This document shows, in pieces, positions 1-8,247 of a stretch of 64,000 nt of DNA. Position numbers and translations under genes: made by a program. Below the pieces are notes generated by a model. The model was not told the DNA's origin and ran no database searches. It saw only the letters and a program-made list of their open reading frames with translations. This DNA comes from an uncultured Gemmatimonadota bacterium (GTDB lineage: Bacteria; GCA-2686955), in assembly GCA_964490075.1 (NCBI GenBank), contig CAZBBK010000003.1, forward strand, positions 1-64,000. Reading direction: 5' to 3'. How positions within the stretch are numbered: position 1 is the first letter of the stretch; each line of letters opens with the position of its first letter.

Positions 1-270
1 AGCGACCCACACCGCCCGCTGACCCGGCTCAGCCGCAGCGGGCGACCGCGGCGCGGCCAAAACCACCCGCTGACCCGGCTCAGCCGCAACGGGCGACCGC
101 AGATCGACCAGAACCACCCGCTGAGCCGGCTCAGCCGCAACGGACGACCGCGAAGCGACCGACCTCGGCCGCTGACACGACTCAAGCTCCCCGAACGACC
201 GCACGAGAGCCAGAATCAGCACCTGATTCAGTTCAGCCGCCGCGCGCGACCGCGAAGAGATCGGATTCCG
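1..270. repeat. Tandem array of five degenerate 51-bp units with palindromic core CTGAGCCGGCTCAG; probably truncated by the window edge
   Basis: Cores begin at 19, 70, 121, 172 and 223 (exact 51-bp period). A CGACCGC motif recurs at the same offset in each unit. Frame +1 is open from 1 to 324 and gives 17-aa repeats (NHPLTRLSRNGRPQIDQ). Confidence 0.9.
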
Positions 271-443
271 CCGCAGGCCCTTGGCAGGGGAAGGTTCGTC
301 GCGCGCCGGCCGCTCTCTACCTAAAGAGGCGCGCCATATCGAAACCTCAGCGGACCTACGGAGGGCTCGCCAATCCGATTGGCGCCGGCTACCCTCGCGC
401 GCCCGTCCATCCCCTCCGATGTACCGCACCACGGAATCGACCC

Positions 444-1283
444 ATGCTCTCCGCCGACACCGCCCTAGTTCCCGCCGCCCTGCTGCGGCTGGCCGCCCAC
501 GGCGCCGCGGGGCTGCCTCTGGCGTTGCTCCTGGTGCGCCCGGGCGAGCTGGGCGTCGGCTTCGATCGCCTCATCGCCGCGCTCGCCGCGCTGCTGATCG
601 CGCTGGTGCTGGCCGCCGACTCGGTGCGTCGAAATGCCATGGCGCTCGTCGATCTCGCCGGAGGCGACGCAACACTGCTGTCCCCTCTGCTGCTGGCCGC
701 GGCGGGGCTGGCGTTGCTCTTAGTCGCGCTGCGAAGCCCTGGTCGCCGCGACCTCTGGCTGGCCGGGGCGGCCGCTGCCGCCCTGAGCGCCGCGGCGGTC
801 GATGCGATGCTCTACCCGGGACCGGTGGCGCTCTCCGGGATCGGCTTCTGGCTGCATCCGGCATCGGCGCTCTGCGGCGCTTCGCTGCTGGGGACGGTGC
901 TGGTGTCGATGGTCTGCGGCCACTGGTACCTGGTCGGCTCGGATCTGCCGATCGATCCTCTGCGGCGCGCGAGCTCCGCCGCCTTCTGGCTGATCCTCGG
1001 CCGCGCCGCCATCGCGGCGGCGGCGCTCTCCTGGTGGTGGACCCACTTCGACCCGACCGCCGCCGACTGGCCGCGGCTGCTCTCCGGCATCCGCCCCTTC
1101 CTACTGGGACGGCTGGGGCTCGGACTCCTGCTGCCCTTCGCCGCGATGTTCCTGGTTCGCGGCACGGTTCGATTGCGCGCCACCCAGTCGGCCACCGGAA
1201 TCCTCTACTTCGTGTTCATCTTCCTTGCTGCGGCCGAGCTGATGGCCGGATATGTAGTGCTGAGAACCGGCATTCCCCTCTGA
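444..1283 (+). CDS. Hypothetical multi-pass membrane protein (GHWYL motif)
   Basis: 279-aa ORF with about 8 hydrophobic segments and GC3-rich codons. Confidence 0.75.
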   Translation: MLSADTALVPAALLRLAAHGAAGLPLALLLVRPGELGVGFDRLIAALAALLIALVLAADSVRRNAMALVDLAGGDATLLSPLLLAAAGLALLLVALRSPGRRDLWLAGAAAAALSAAAVDAMLYPGPVALSGIGFWLHPASALCGASLLGTVLVSMVCGHWYLVGSDLPIDPLRRASSAAFWLILGRAAIAAAALSWWWTHFDPTAADWPRLLSGIRPFLLGRLGLGLLLPFAAMFLVRGTVRLRATQSATGILYFVFIFLAAAELMAGYVVLRTGIPL

Positions 1284-1298
1284 TCCAGTATCCCTCCC

Positions 1299-1757
1299 AT
1301 GGAGATCGTTTCCACTTGCTCTCGCTGCCGCGGATGTATCCGCGTGGCCATCGATCGGCCCGGCATGCACCGCTGTGCATGTTCACGCTGTGGCGACGAG
1401 ATCTGTATCGAGGTATCGCCGGCGCTCGCGGATGGTGGGGCGCTCGAGCGCTGCGCCGCTTGCGGCGAGCAGCAGCTGTTCCGGCAGAAGAGCTTCAATC
1501 GCGCCTTCGGCATCGCCGTGGTTGGGGTGGCGATCGTCTTCGCCCCCCTCACCTCGCCGCCGTACATCAGCCTCTTCATCGGCGCGGGAGTCGACGGGCT
1601 GGTCTACCTTCTGGTGCCCTGGATCGGCATCTGCTACAACTGCGAGACCGAGTACAGAGGAACGCCCGCGATCGCGGACCTGGAGCGCTTCGACCACACG
1701 ACCGCACAGCGGATCCAGGCACGGCAGGAGCGGATAGCCAGACAGAGAACGGAGTAG
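1299..1757 (+). CDS. Hypothetical Cys-rich (zinc-ribbon-like) membrane protein
   Basis: Four CxxC pairs (CSRC, CSRC, CAAC, CYNC) flanking two TM helices. Confidence 0.75.
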   Translation: MEIVSTCSRCRGCIRVAIDRPGMHRCACSRCGDEICIEVSPALADGGALERCAACGEQQLFRQKSFNRAFGIAVVGVAIVFAPLTSPPYISLFIGAGVDGLVYLLVPWIGICYNCETEYRGTPAIADLERFDHTTAQRIQARQERIARQRTE

Positions 1758-1766
1758 GAGCGAGAG

Positions 1767-2594
1767 GTGAGCTTCGAGGTCGAGTTGGACAGAGCGTGTG
1801 AGCTGGCTCGAGAGGCGGGCGCGGCGATTCTGGAGCATTACCGAGCGGCACCATCCTCCGACGGCGAGCTCGACCCGGTCGAGGCCGCTTTGGCGGTGGC
1901 CGAGAAGATCATCGTCGCCGGTCTGCTGGAGACCTTTCCCGACGATGGGCTGGTGTCGAAGGGCTCTTCCGAGACCCCGGACCAGTTTCCCGGCAAACGC
2001 GTGTGGCTGGTCGATCCGCTCGACGGCATGCGCGAGTTCCGGGCCCGGAACGGTGAGTTCAGCGTGCTTCTGGGGCTGATCGTCGGTGGAGAGCCGGTGC
2101 TGGGGGTGATCCACCAGCCGACCACGGCTGTCCTCTACCGCGCCGCCCAGGGATCCGGAGCGCAAGTCCAGCGAGGGGAAGAGAGCGCCACCCTGACCGT
2201 CTCCGACGTGGCGACCACCGAGGGCATGGTGCTGGTGGCCTCGCGCTCCCACCGCGACGCCCGAACCAACGACGTCCAGTACCTGCTGGGCATCGGCAAC
2301 GCGCTCGTCTCGGGCTCGGTGGGAATCAAGGTCGCCCTGATCGCCGAACAACGCTGCGACGTCTATGTGCACACGTCGGGCCACACCAAGGCATGGGACA
2401 CCTGCGCGTGCGAGGCGATTCTCTCCGAGGCCGGCGGCATGATGACCGACTGCTTCGGAGATCCGCTGCGCTACGACCGCAGGAATGTGCTTCATCATCG
2501 TGGCATCGTCGCCAGCAACGGCCGCGCCCACGAAGAGATCGTCGACGCCGCCATGCGGGCGATTCGGGGAGAGATCGACGACGAGGACGAGTAG
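1767..2594 (+). CDS. cysQ: CysQ / inositol monophosphatase family protein with a degenerate active site
   Basis: Motifs WLVDPLDG.REF, VASRSH, GSVGIK, KAWDTCA; GTG start after an AGGAG RBS. Confidence 0.8.
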   Translation: MSFEVELDRACELAREAGAAILEHYRAAPSSDGELDPVEAALAVAEKIIVAGLLETFPDDGLVSKGSSETPDQFPGKRVWLVDPLDGMREFRARNGEFSVLLGLIVGGEPVLGVIHQPTTAVLYRAAQGSGAQVQRGEESATLTVSDVATTEGMVLVASRSHRDARTNDVQYLLGIGNALVSGSVGIKVALIAEQRCDVYVHTSGHTKAWDTCACEAILSEAGGMMTDCFGDPLRYDRRNVLHHRGIVASNGRAHEEIVDAAMRAIRGEIDDEDE

Positions 2595-2645
2595 CCTCGA
2601 CGCCCCCCCCACATCACGACCGAGGCACCGCTTCCCAGGAGGAAC

Positions 2646-3581
2646 ATGAGCGAGATTCGCAATGTCGTCATCGTCGGCTCTGGACCGGCGGGCTACACCG
2701 CCGCGCTGTACGCGGCCCGCGCCGACCTACAGCCCTTGCTCTTCGCCGGCAGCCAGCCCGGTGGCCAGCTGACGATCACCACCGACGTCGAGAACTTCCC
2801 GGGCTTTCCCGAGGGCGTGATGGGCCCGGAGCTGATGCAGCTCTTCGAGAAGCAGGCCCTGCGTTTCGGCACCGAGATCCGCCTCCGTAGCGTCACCGCG
2901 GTGGACCTTTCGCGGCGCCCATTCAGAGTCGAGGCGGAGGACGGGGAGGTCCGTGCCCGGACCCTGATCGTGGCCACCGGGGCATCGGCACAGCTGCTCG
3001 GGCTCGAGAGCGAGACGCGCCTGATGGGCTTCGGGGTCTCGGCCTGCGCGACCTGCGACGGCTTCTTCTATCGCGACAAGGAGGTGGCGGTGGTGGGCGG
3101 CGGCGACACGGCGATGGAGGAAGCGATGTTCCTCACTCGCTACGCCGCCAAAGTGACCGTGATCCATCGCCGCGACGCCCTACGGGCATCGAAGATCATG
3201 CAGGAGCGGGCGATGGCCAACGAGAAGATCTCCTGGTGCTGGGACTCGATCGTTTCGCGAATTCTGGGCGATGCCGAGGCCGGCGGGGTGCGGGCGGTCG
3301 AGGTCCGCAACGTGAAAAACGATGCCATCTCGGAGCTGGCCGTGGACGGGATCTTCATGGCCATCGGCCACCGGCCCAATACCGAGCTTTTTCGGGAGAA
3401 TCTCCGGATGGACGAGGTCGGCTACCTGGCCACCGAGGCGCACACCACGCACACCAGCGTACCGGGTGTGTTCGCGGCGGGAGACGTGGCCGACGCCCGC
3501 TATCGCCAGGCGATCTCCGCCGCGGGCAGCGGGTGCATGGCGGCGATCGACGCCGAGCGCTTCCTCGCCGAGAACGAATGA
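2646..3581 (+). CDS. trxB: Thioredoxin-disulfide reductase
   Basis: GSGPAGYTAALY, CATC redox motif, GGGDTAMEEA, VFAAGDV; AGGAGG RBS. Confidence 0.97.
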   Translation: MSEIRNVVIVGSGPAGYTAALYAARADLQPLLFAGSQPGGQLTITTDVENFPGFPEGVMGPELMQLFEKQALRFGTEIRLRSVTAVDLSRRPFRVEAEDGEVRARTLIVATGASAQLLGLESETRLMGFGVSACATCDGFFYRDKEVAVVGGGDTAMEEAMFLTRYAAKVTVIHRRDALRASKIMQERAMANEKISWCWDSIVSRILGDAEAGGVRAVEVRNVKNDAISELAVDGIFMAIGHRPNTELFRENLRMDEVGYLATEAHTTHTSVPGVFAAGDVADARYRQAISAAGSGCMAAIDAERFLAENE

Positions 3582-3629
3582 GGAGCGCGTCCGGCGCCGC
3601 GAAATATTCGCCTTCTTTTCGCTTTCGGA

Positions 3630-3658
3630 TTGACTTTCGCCCGTTCTTCGCCCATTCT
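3630..3658 (+). promoter_or_regulatory. Putative sigma70 promoter
   Basis: TTGACT-N17-CATTCT with a T-rich upstream element. Confidence 0.55.
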
Positions 3659-3693
3659 CTCCTCAGTCACGGACGACGCTTCGCTCACCACAC

Positions 3694-3964
3694 GCGAGCG
3701 CTCGAGAGCCGTGGATCGTCCGCCGAACGATCCGCTCGAGCGCTCGCCGAGGGAGCGGCGCCGCAGAGGAGAGCATCGATGGGCCGGGTCGAACTGGAAT
3801 CCCTCTCGAGGGACCGGAACCAAGGCGTCTTCCCCGCGCCGATCGGCCATCGCTCCCCAGCTCTTCTCCGCGGGCGGCGCCCGTTGATGCCTCTCGAGGT
3901 GTGCCAGCCTCGGGGCGAGTCCCTCCGCTCCACCGGACGCCCGGCGCGGTGTCCGGTGGAGCGG
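3694..3964 (+). other. Structured intergenic region with two long hairpins (candidate sRNA/leader; possible 63-aa ORF 3779-3970)
   Basis: 13-bp inverted repeat 3694-3706/3735-3747 with a 7-bp inner stem; 14-bp perfect inverted repeat 3925-3938/3951-3964; GAGGAGAG precedes ATG 3779. Confidence 0.45.
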
Positions 3965-4025
3965 TGGTGACCGTCGCCGCCCGCGGGTAGGGGAGGGCCC
4001 GACGGCACTGACCCGAGCTCTTCCC

Positions 4026-5033
4026 ATGCCACCCCGAGTATCGGTCCTGCTTCCGGTCCGCGATTGCGAACGCTTCATCTCCGCCGCGCTCGCGTCGGTG
4101 CGGCGCCAGACCTTCTCTGATCTGGAGCTGATCTGCGTCGACGACGGCTCGCGCGACGCCACGCCGGAGATCCTGGCGCGCCATGGTCGCGCCGATCCGA
4201 GGGTGCGAGTCGTCAACACCGAAGCGCGCGGCATTGCCGCGGCCCTGAACACCGCCCTGGAGCACGCCCGCGGCTCTTTGATCGGGCGCATGGACGCCGA
4301 CGACATCTGCCATCGCCACCGTTTCGAGTGGCAGGTCCAGGCCCTCGATCGCGAGCCCGCGATCGCGGTGGTGGCGAGCCGGGTGCGGTCGTTCCCGGCG
4401 GCGGTGTTGAGACGCGGCATGCGCGACTATCTCCGATGGTCCAACGGCGTCACCGATCCCGAGCGAATTGCCCGCGAGATCCTGGTGGAGTGTCCCGTGG
4501 TCCATCCCGCGGTGTTGATGCGCCGGCAGATCCTGGAAGAGGTGGGGGGATACCGCCAGGGCTCCTTTCCCGAGGATTATGATCTGTGGTTGCGCCTGCA
4601 CCGGCGCGGCCATCGGTTTCGCAAGCTCGAGTGCGTCCTGCTCGCTTGGCGGGAAGGGCCGCGGCGAATGACGCGCAGCGATCCGGCCTACGCCCGCGCC
4701 CGCTTCCTCGATCTGAAGGTGGACCACATCCGCTGGCTGGTCGAGCCGCGGAACCGGCCGGTGGTGGTGGTGGGCGCGGGAGCAGTCGGGAAGCCTCTGG
4801 CGCGGAAGCTATGGGCGGCCGGTGTACGGGTCGCTGCCTTCCTCGATCTGAACCCGCGGAAGATCGGCTTCCAAATCCACGGTGCGCCGGTCCTTCACCC
4901 TCGAGATCTGGGACCGCTGCGCGGTGCGCTCTTCTTGGCGGCGGTCAGCGCCCGCGGGCAACGGGACGTGGTGCGCGCGGATCTCGTGTCTCGCGGACTG
5001 CGCGAGGGAGATGACTTCTTGTGCGTGGTGTGA
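4026..5033 (+). CDS. Glycosyltransferase family 2 with a C-terminal Rossmann-like extension
   Basis: VSVLLPVRD, VDDGSRD, RMDADD, EDYDLWLR; C-terminal VVVVGAGAVGK. Confidence 0.9.
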   Translation: MPPRVSVLLPVRDCERFISAALASVRRQTFSDLELICVDDGSRDATPEILARHGRADPRVRVVNTEARGIAAALNTALEHARGSLIGRMDADDICHRHRFEWQVQALDREPAIAVVASRVRSFPAAVLRRGMRDYLRWSNGVTDPERIAREILVECPVVHPAVLMRRQILEEVGGYRQGSFPEDYDLWLRLHRRGHRFRKLECVLLAWREGPRRMTRSDPAYARARFLDLKVDHIRWLVEPRNRPVVVVGAGAVGKPLARKLWAAGVRVAAFLDLNPRKIGFQIHGAPVLHPRDLGPLRGALFLAAVSARGQRDVVRADLVSRGLREGDDFLCVV

Positions 5034-5037
5034 GGGC

Positions 5038-5214
5038 CTAGTGGTCGCTTCGCGCCAGCCAGGTAGCGATCAGGCCACCGGCGGCGGCGCCCAGCAGGAG
5101 CGGAATCCAGGGCTGTGGAAGATGCCCGCATGCGCTGCGGTAGAGCTCCTGCGCTCCCAGGTAGGCCAGAAAGGCGAGCCCCGCGACCAGGGGCATCAGG
5201 GTTCGTCCGCCCAT
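5038..5214 (-). CDS. Small two-TM membrane protein, 58 aa (below the ORF-track cutoff)
   Basis: MGGRTLMPLVAGLAFLAYLGAQELYRSACGHLPQPWIPLLLGAAAGGLIATWLARSDH*; GGAG RBS; stop lies just past the convergent GT2 stop. Confidence 0.6.
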   Translation of the reverse strand: MGGRTLMPLVAGLAFLAYLGAQELYRSACGHLPQPWIPLLLGAAAGGLIATWLARSDH

Positions 5215-5292
5215 GTGGGCACTCCGATGGAGGCGGGGCTGCGGCCGGATGAGTCAGCCGGGGAGGACGAGAGGGAGCCTGGCGAAGCGCGC

Positions 5293-5439
5293 TCAGCCCG
5301 CGGCGACGAGCGGCTCGTAGGCCGAGAATCGTGCCGTTTCCCGGGCGCTCTCGATATTTCGATCGAACTCGTCGAGTACCTGGAGCATCTCGTGCTCGCT
5401 GCCGGCGTTGATCGCGCGAAGGAAGTATTCGAGTCCCAT
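5293..5439 (-). CDS. Small acidic soluble protein, 48 aa
   Basis: MGLEYFLRAINAGSEHEMLQVLDEFDRNIESARETARFSAYEPLVAAG*; GAGG RBS; GC3-biased codons; downstream of a sigma54-like promoter. Confidence 0.65.
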   Translation of the reverse strand: MGLEYFLRAINAGSEHEMLQVLDEFDRNIESARETARFSAYEPLVAAG

Positions 5440-5508
5440 GGTCGGCCTCGTTTCGAGGGGCAGGGGTGGATCGCGGAGCCGATCTCTTCGGCGCACGCCT
5501 GCTGGAAC

Positions 5509-5524
5509 AGCAAGGGGCGTGCCG
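5509..5524 (-). promoter_or_regulatory. sigma54 (-24/-12) promoter
   Basis: Minus strand reads CGGCAC-GCCCC-TTGCT (GG-N10-GC). An IHF-like CAAACGATTGACA at 5553-5565 and a palindrome CGTCA-N4-TGACG at 5647-5660 lie upstream. Confidence 0.7.
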
Positions 5525-5635
5525 GGACCCGGCAGAATCGACCGGGTACGGACAAACGATTGACACTGAATCGATTGGACCCGATCTCCCCGAGACCTTG
5601 CGCGACCGAAGCGAACACCAGCGTCATCGAATCCG

Positions 5636-7891
5636 TCACCGAAGTGCGTCACTTTTGACGTCGATGTGTTCAAAGTGATCAACCGCCATCGAGGGCGATG
5701 CGGCGAGCCAGCTCAGACGCTCGGATTCGTTCGCCACCACCCGCTCCTCGCCGGAGCTGGTCGCGTTGGCCGCGGCGCTGTCGAGCGCCCGTCCGGCCTC
5801 GGCGAATCGCCCGAGGGCGCTCAGCGAGCGGGCCAGGGCGAGGGCGGTCGTGGCGCGCAGCTCCGCGGGCAGCTCCGGACCCGCCAGCGCACTCTCGAGC
5901 GCCGTGATCGCCCGCTCGGTTGCCCCCGCGCCCCTCCAGTCGAGACCGCGCAGGGCGCTCGCGATCACGCCGCCTTCCGCAACCCTGGAGTCGGCCGCGA
6001 TCGAAGTCAGTGTGGCCGGCTCGAAGCGCTCGGCGGCCAGTCGGATGGTCGCGGCGCGGCGCAGTCCGAGCGATACCGGCGCGGCGGCGACCTCGCGCCA
6101 GGCACGCAGCGCCGGACCGGGTTCGGAGCGGGTCCAGTGCAGATCTCCGAGCTCCAGTCGGGCCGCTTCGCGCAGCTGCGAGGGCGCCGAGCGCTCCGCC
6201 ACGATGGCGCGCAGAGTCGTCTCCGCGTGCCGATCTCCGGCGCGCCGCTCACAGCGACCGAGGGTCAACCGCGCCGTGGGGCGGCCGGGCGAGAGGACGA
6301 GCGCTCGGCCGGTGCTGCGCGCGGCGGCTCGGAATCGCCCCGAGCGGAAATGCGCGCCGGCCTGCTGCTCGTGTCGGGCGACGGCGTGGGCACAGCGCCG
6401 CCGGAGGATCGAGGGGCGGGCGAAGAGCAGCTCGGCGTAGCGCAGATCGCTCATCTGCAGAGATACGCCGTCGAGAAAGCACCACCACTGGGCGACCAGA
6501 TGATCGAGGCTCTCGCCATAGGTCTCTTCGATGGCTCCCCACGGGTAGGCGCGGCCGAAGAGCTCGGGGCCTCGAACCGTGAGCAGCCAGCGCACGAAGC
6601 TGCCCATGGCCGGGTAGGCCCGCGGCCCCGCCTCGCTCCAGAATCCCGTCGCACCGAGCAGACGCTCGAGGTCGGGCATCAGTCCCAGCCGGCGCAATGC
6701 CGCCGCCCGCTGATGGAGGGTGAGGCGATCGGTGGGTCGATCCCCCAGAGCGCTGGCCAGTCCCTCGACCAGACCGAAGCGCCGGCTGATTCCGATTCCG
6801 GGCAGCCCCAAAGGCGCGCTCAGCACGTGGGCCAGCTCGTGGGCCAGTACCGGGTGGGGCGGCGTGGCGAGATTGACGTGGATCTCGCCGGCGATCGGAT
6901 CCTCGATGCTCGTTGCGCCGGCGCCCATCCAGTACTTCTTGGTGGCCGCATCGGGGTAGATATAGCAGCCGACGCGCGCGGGCGGGAGCTCGATCGCCAA
7001 CAGGGCGGAGATCCTCTCGAGATGCCACTCGAGATCGAGCGCCAGCTCGTGAAGCACGGCCGGCGGGGTGGCGCGGCCGTCGTAGTGGACTCGGAAATGC
7101 GCGGTGTCGAGACGTGAGCCCAGTGCGACCTCGATCTGCCGGCGATGGGGTCGGATGCCGAGCTGGGGACGCAGGGCGAGCGCCAGCACGGCGCATCCCG
7201 CCACCACGAGAGCGCTCCACCCCGATCCTCGGCCCAGCCGCCAGTGCGCGACCCGCAAGAACGCGAGCGCGACCGAGAGATCGATCAGGCGCGCCCAGAG
7301 AAAACGTCGATCGAGAGGGATGTGGGTGTCGTAGATCGGTCCCGCGAAGTAGCCGATCAGGGGATTGAAGATGAAGACCGGTGGCTCGGAGAGCAGGTAG
7401 GCCAGATCCCAGGCGATCCAGGCGCCGGCAGCCGCGGCGGCGATGCGCCCCGCCCGCCTGGGCCTTGGTGGCCCACTCGGCAACCGCGGCGGCGATGCGC
7501 CCCGCCCGCCTGGGCCACCCAGCGCGACCGCCAGCGATCCCAGCGCCGCGGCCCAGAAGGCCGCGCCGCTCGCCATCGAGAGCGCGAGCGCTCCCTCGCG
7601 GAGCGGCTCGCAGATCAGGCCCCGCGCGGCCGAGATGACGAGGGCCACCAGCAAGGGGGCGAGCGGCAGCGCCGCGGCCGCCAGGCAGCGACCGAGCAGA
7701 GTCCACCAGTCGGATGGAGGCCCCTCGCGCCGGAAGCGTCGCTGCACGACCACGACAGCCGCCACCGCCGCGGCGGGCGCCAGCAGCAGACCCAGATCGT
7801 AGCCCGGTGTGGCCAGCAGCGGAAGTGCCTGGAGGGGGAGAGTCAGGGCCGTGAGCAGAGCGCTCGCGACCCACGCCTCACGGGTCAGCAT
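5636..7891 (-). CDS. Membrane-anchored gluzincin-type zinc peptidase-like protein with C-terminal TPRs
   Basis: N-terminal TM helices; HELAH followed by LVEGLA (third ligand Glu); helical TPR-like C-terminus. Confidence 0.75.
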   Translation of the reverse strand: MLTREAWVASALLTALTLPLQALPLLATPGYDLGLLLAPAAAVAAVVVVQRRFRREGPPSDWWTLLGRCLAAAALPLAPLLVALVISAARGLICEPLREGALALSMASGAAFWAAALGSLAVALGGPGGRGASPPRLPSGPPRPRRAGRIAAAAAGAWIAWDLAYLLSEPPVFIFNPLIGYFAGPIYDTHIPLDRRFLWARLIDLSVALAFLRVAHWRLGRGSGWSALVVAGCAVLALALRPQLGIRPHRRQIEVALGSRLDTAHFRVHYDGRATPPAVLHELALDLEWHLERISALLAIELPPARVGCYIYPDAATKKYWMGAGATSIEDPIAGEIHVNLATPPHPVLAHELAHVLSAPLGLPGIGISRRFGLVEGLASALGDRPTDRLTLHQRAAALRRLGLMPDLERLLGATGFWSEAGPRAYPAMGSFVRWLLTVRGPELFGRAYPWGAIEETYGESLDHLVAQWWCFLDGVSLQMSDLRYAELLFARPSILRRRCAHAVARHEQQAGAHFRSGRFRAAARSTGRALVLSPGRPTARLTLGRCERRAGDRHAETTLRAIVAERSAPSQLREAARLELGDLHWTRSEPGPALRAWREVAAAPVSLGLRRAATIRLAAERFEPATLTSIAADSRVAEGGVIASALRGLDWRGAGATERAITALESALAGPELPAELRATTALALARSLSALGRFAEAGRALDSAAANATSSGEERVVANESERLSWLAASPSMAVDHFEHIDVKSDALR
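7432..7516. repeat. Perfect 33-bp intragenic direct repeat with a 52-bp offset
   Basis: CCGCGGCGGCGATGCGCCCCGCCCGCCTGGGCC at 7432-7464 and 7484-7516. Confidence 0.9.
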
Positions 7892-7907
7892 TCTCGAAGG
7901 CTAACGC

Positions 7908-8202
7908 CAGGGTCCCGGCAAAGGCGCCGGGACCGGGCTTCAGGCCTTGGGCTTCAGGCGTCGGCCTTCCGGAAGACCCGACTCGTCACGCGAGGTCCAG
8001 CGCGCGGTCCTCGCCGGTGCGGAGACAGAAGAGTCCCCTGCGTCCGCGGCTCGAACATCGGGGGACCCCGCCGACTTGCAGTCGGCGCGTCTGCCCACCA
8101 CCAAGCTGGCCAACGCGATCCGCCCCGGATTTCCGCCCTCCGGGCCCAAAGCCCGAAGCCTGACGCCCAAAGCCTGGTCCCGGCGACTTTGCCGGGACCC
8201 TG
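7908..8202. mobile_element. MITE/REP-like non-autonomous element, ~295 bp
   Basis: 33-bp terminal inverted repeats (31/33 identical; 7908-7940 and 8170-8202), each with a GGTCCCGGC..GCCGGGACC hairpin and GGCTTCA-like heptamers inside; flanks AGGCTAACGC/AGGCTACCGG may be a degenerate 10-bp TSD. Confidence 0.65.
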
Positions 8203-8247
8203 AGGCTACCGGTTGCGCGGTCGCGCGCGCTCGGGCACGATCCAACG

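Noticed and set aside
1..270. CRISPR array interpretation of the 51-bp repeats (also 40334-40475)
   Set aside because: The units are similar along their whole length with no unique spacers, the repeats are degenerate, and no cas genes are present in the window.
281..1801. Long alternative-frame and antisense ORFs (e.g. 281-1801, 19500-22310, 34929-37826, 47729-49840, 51252-53627)
   Set aside because: They are Arg/Ala/Gly/Pro-rich shadow ORFs typical of high-GC DNA and overlap genes with clear family motifs.
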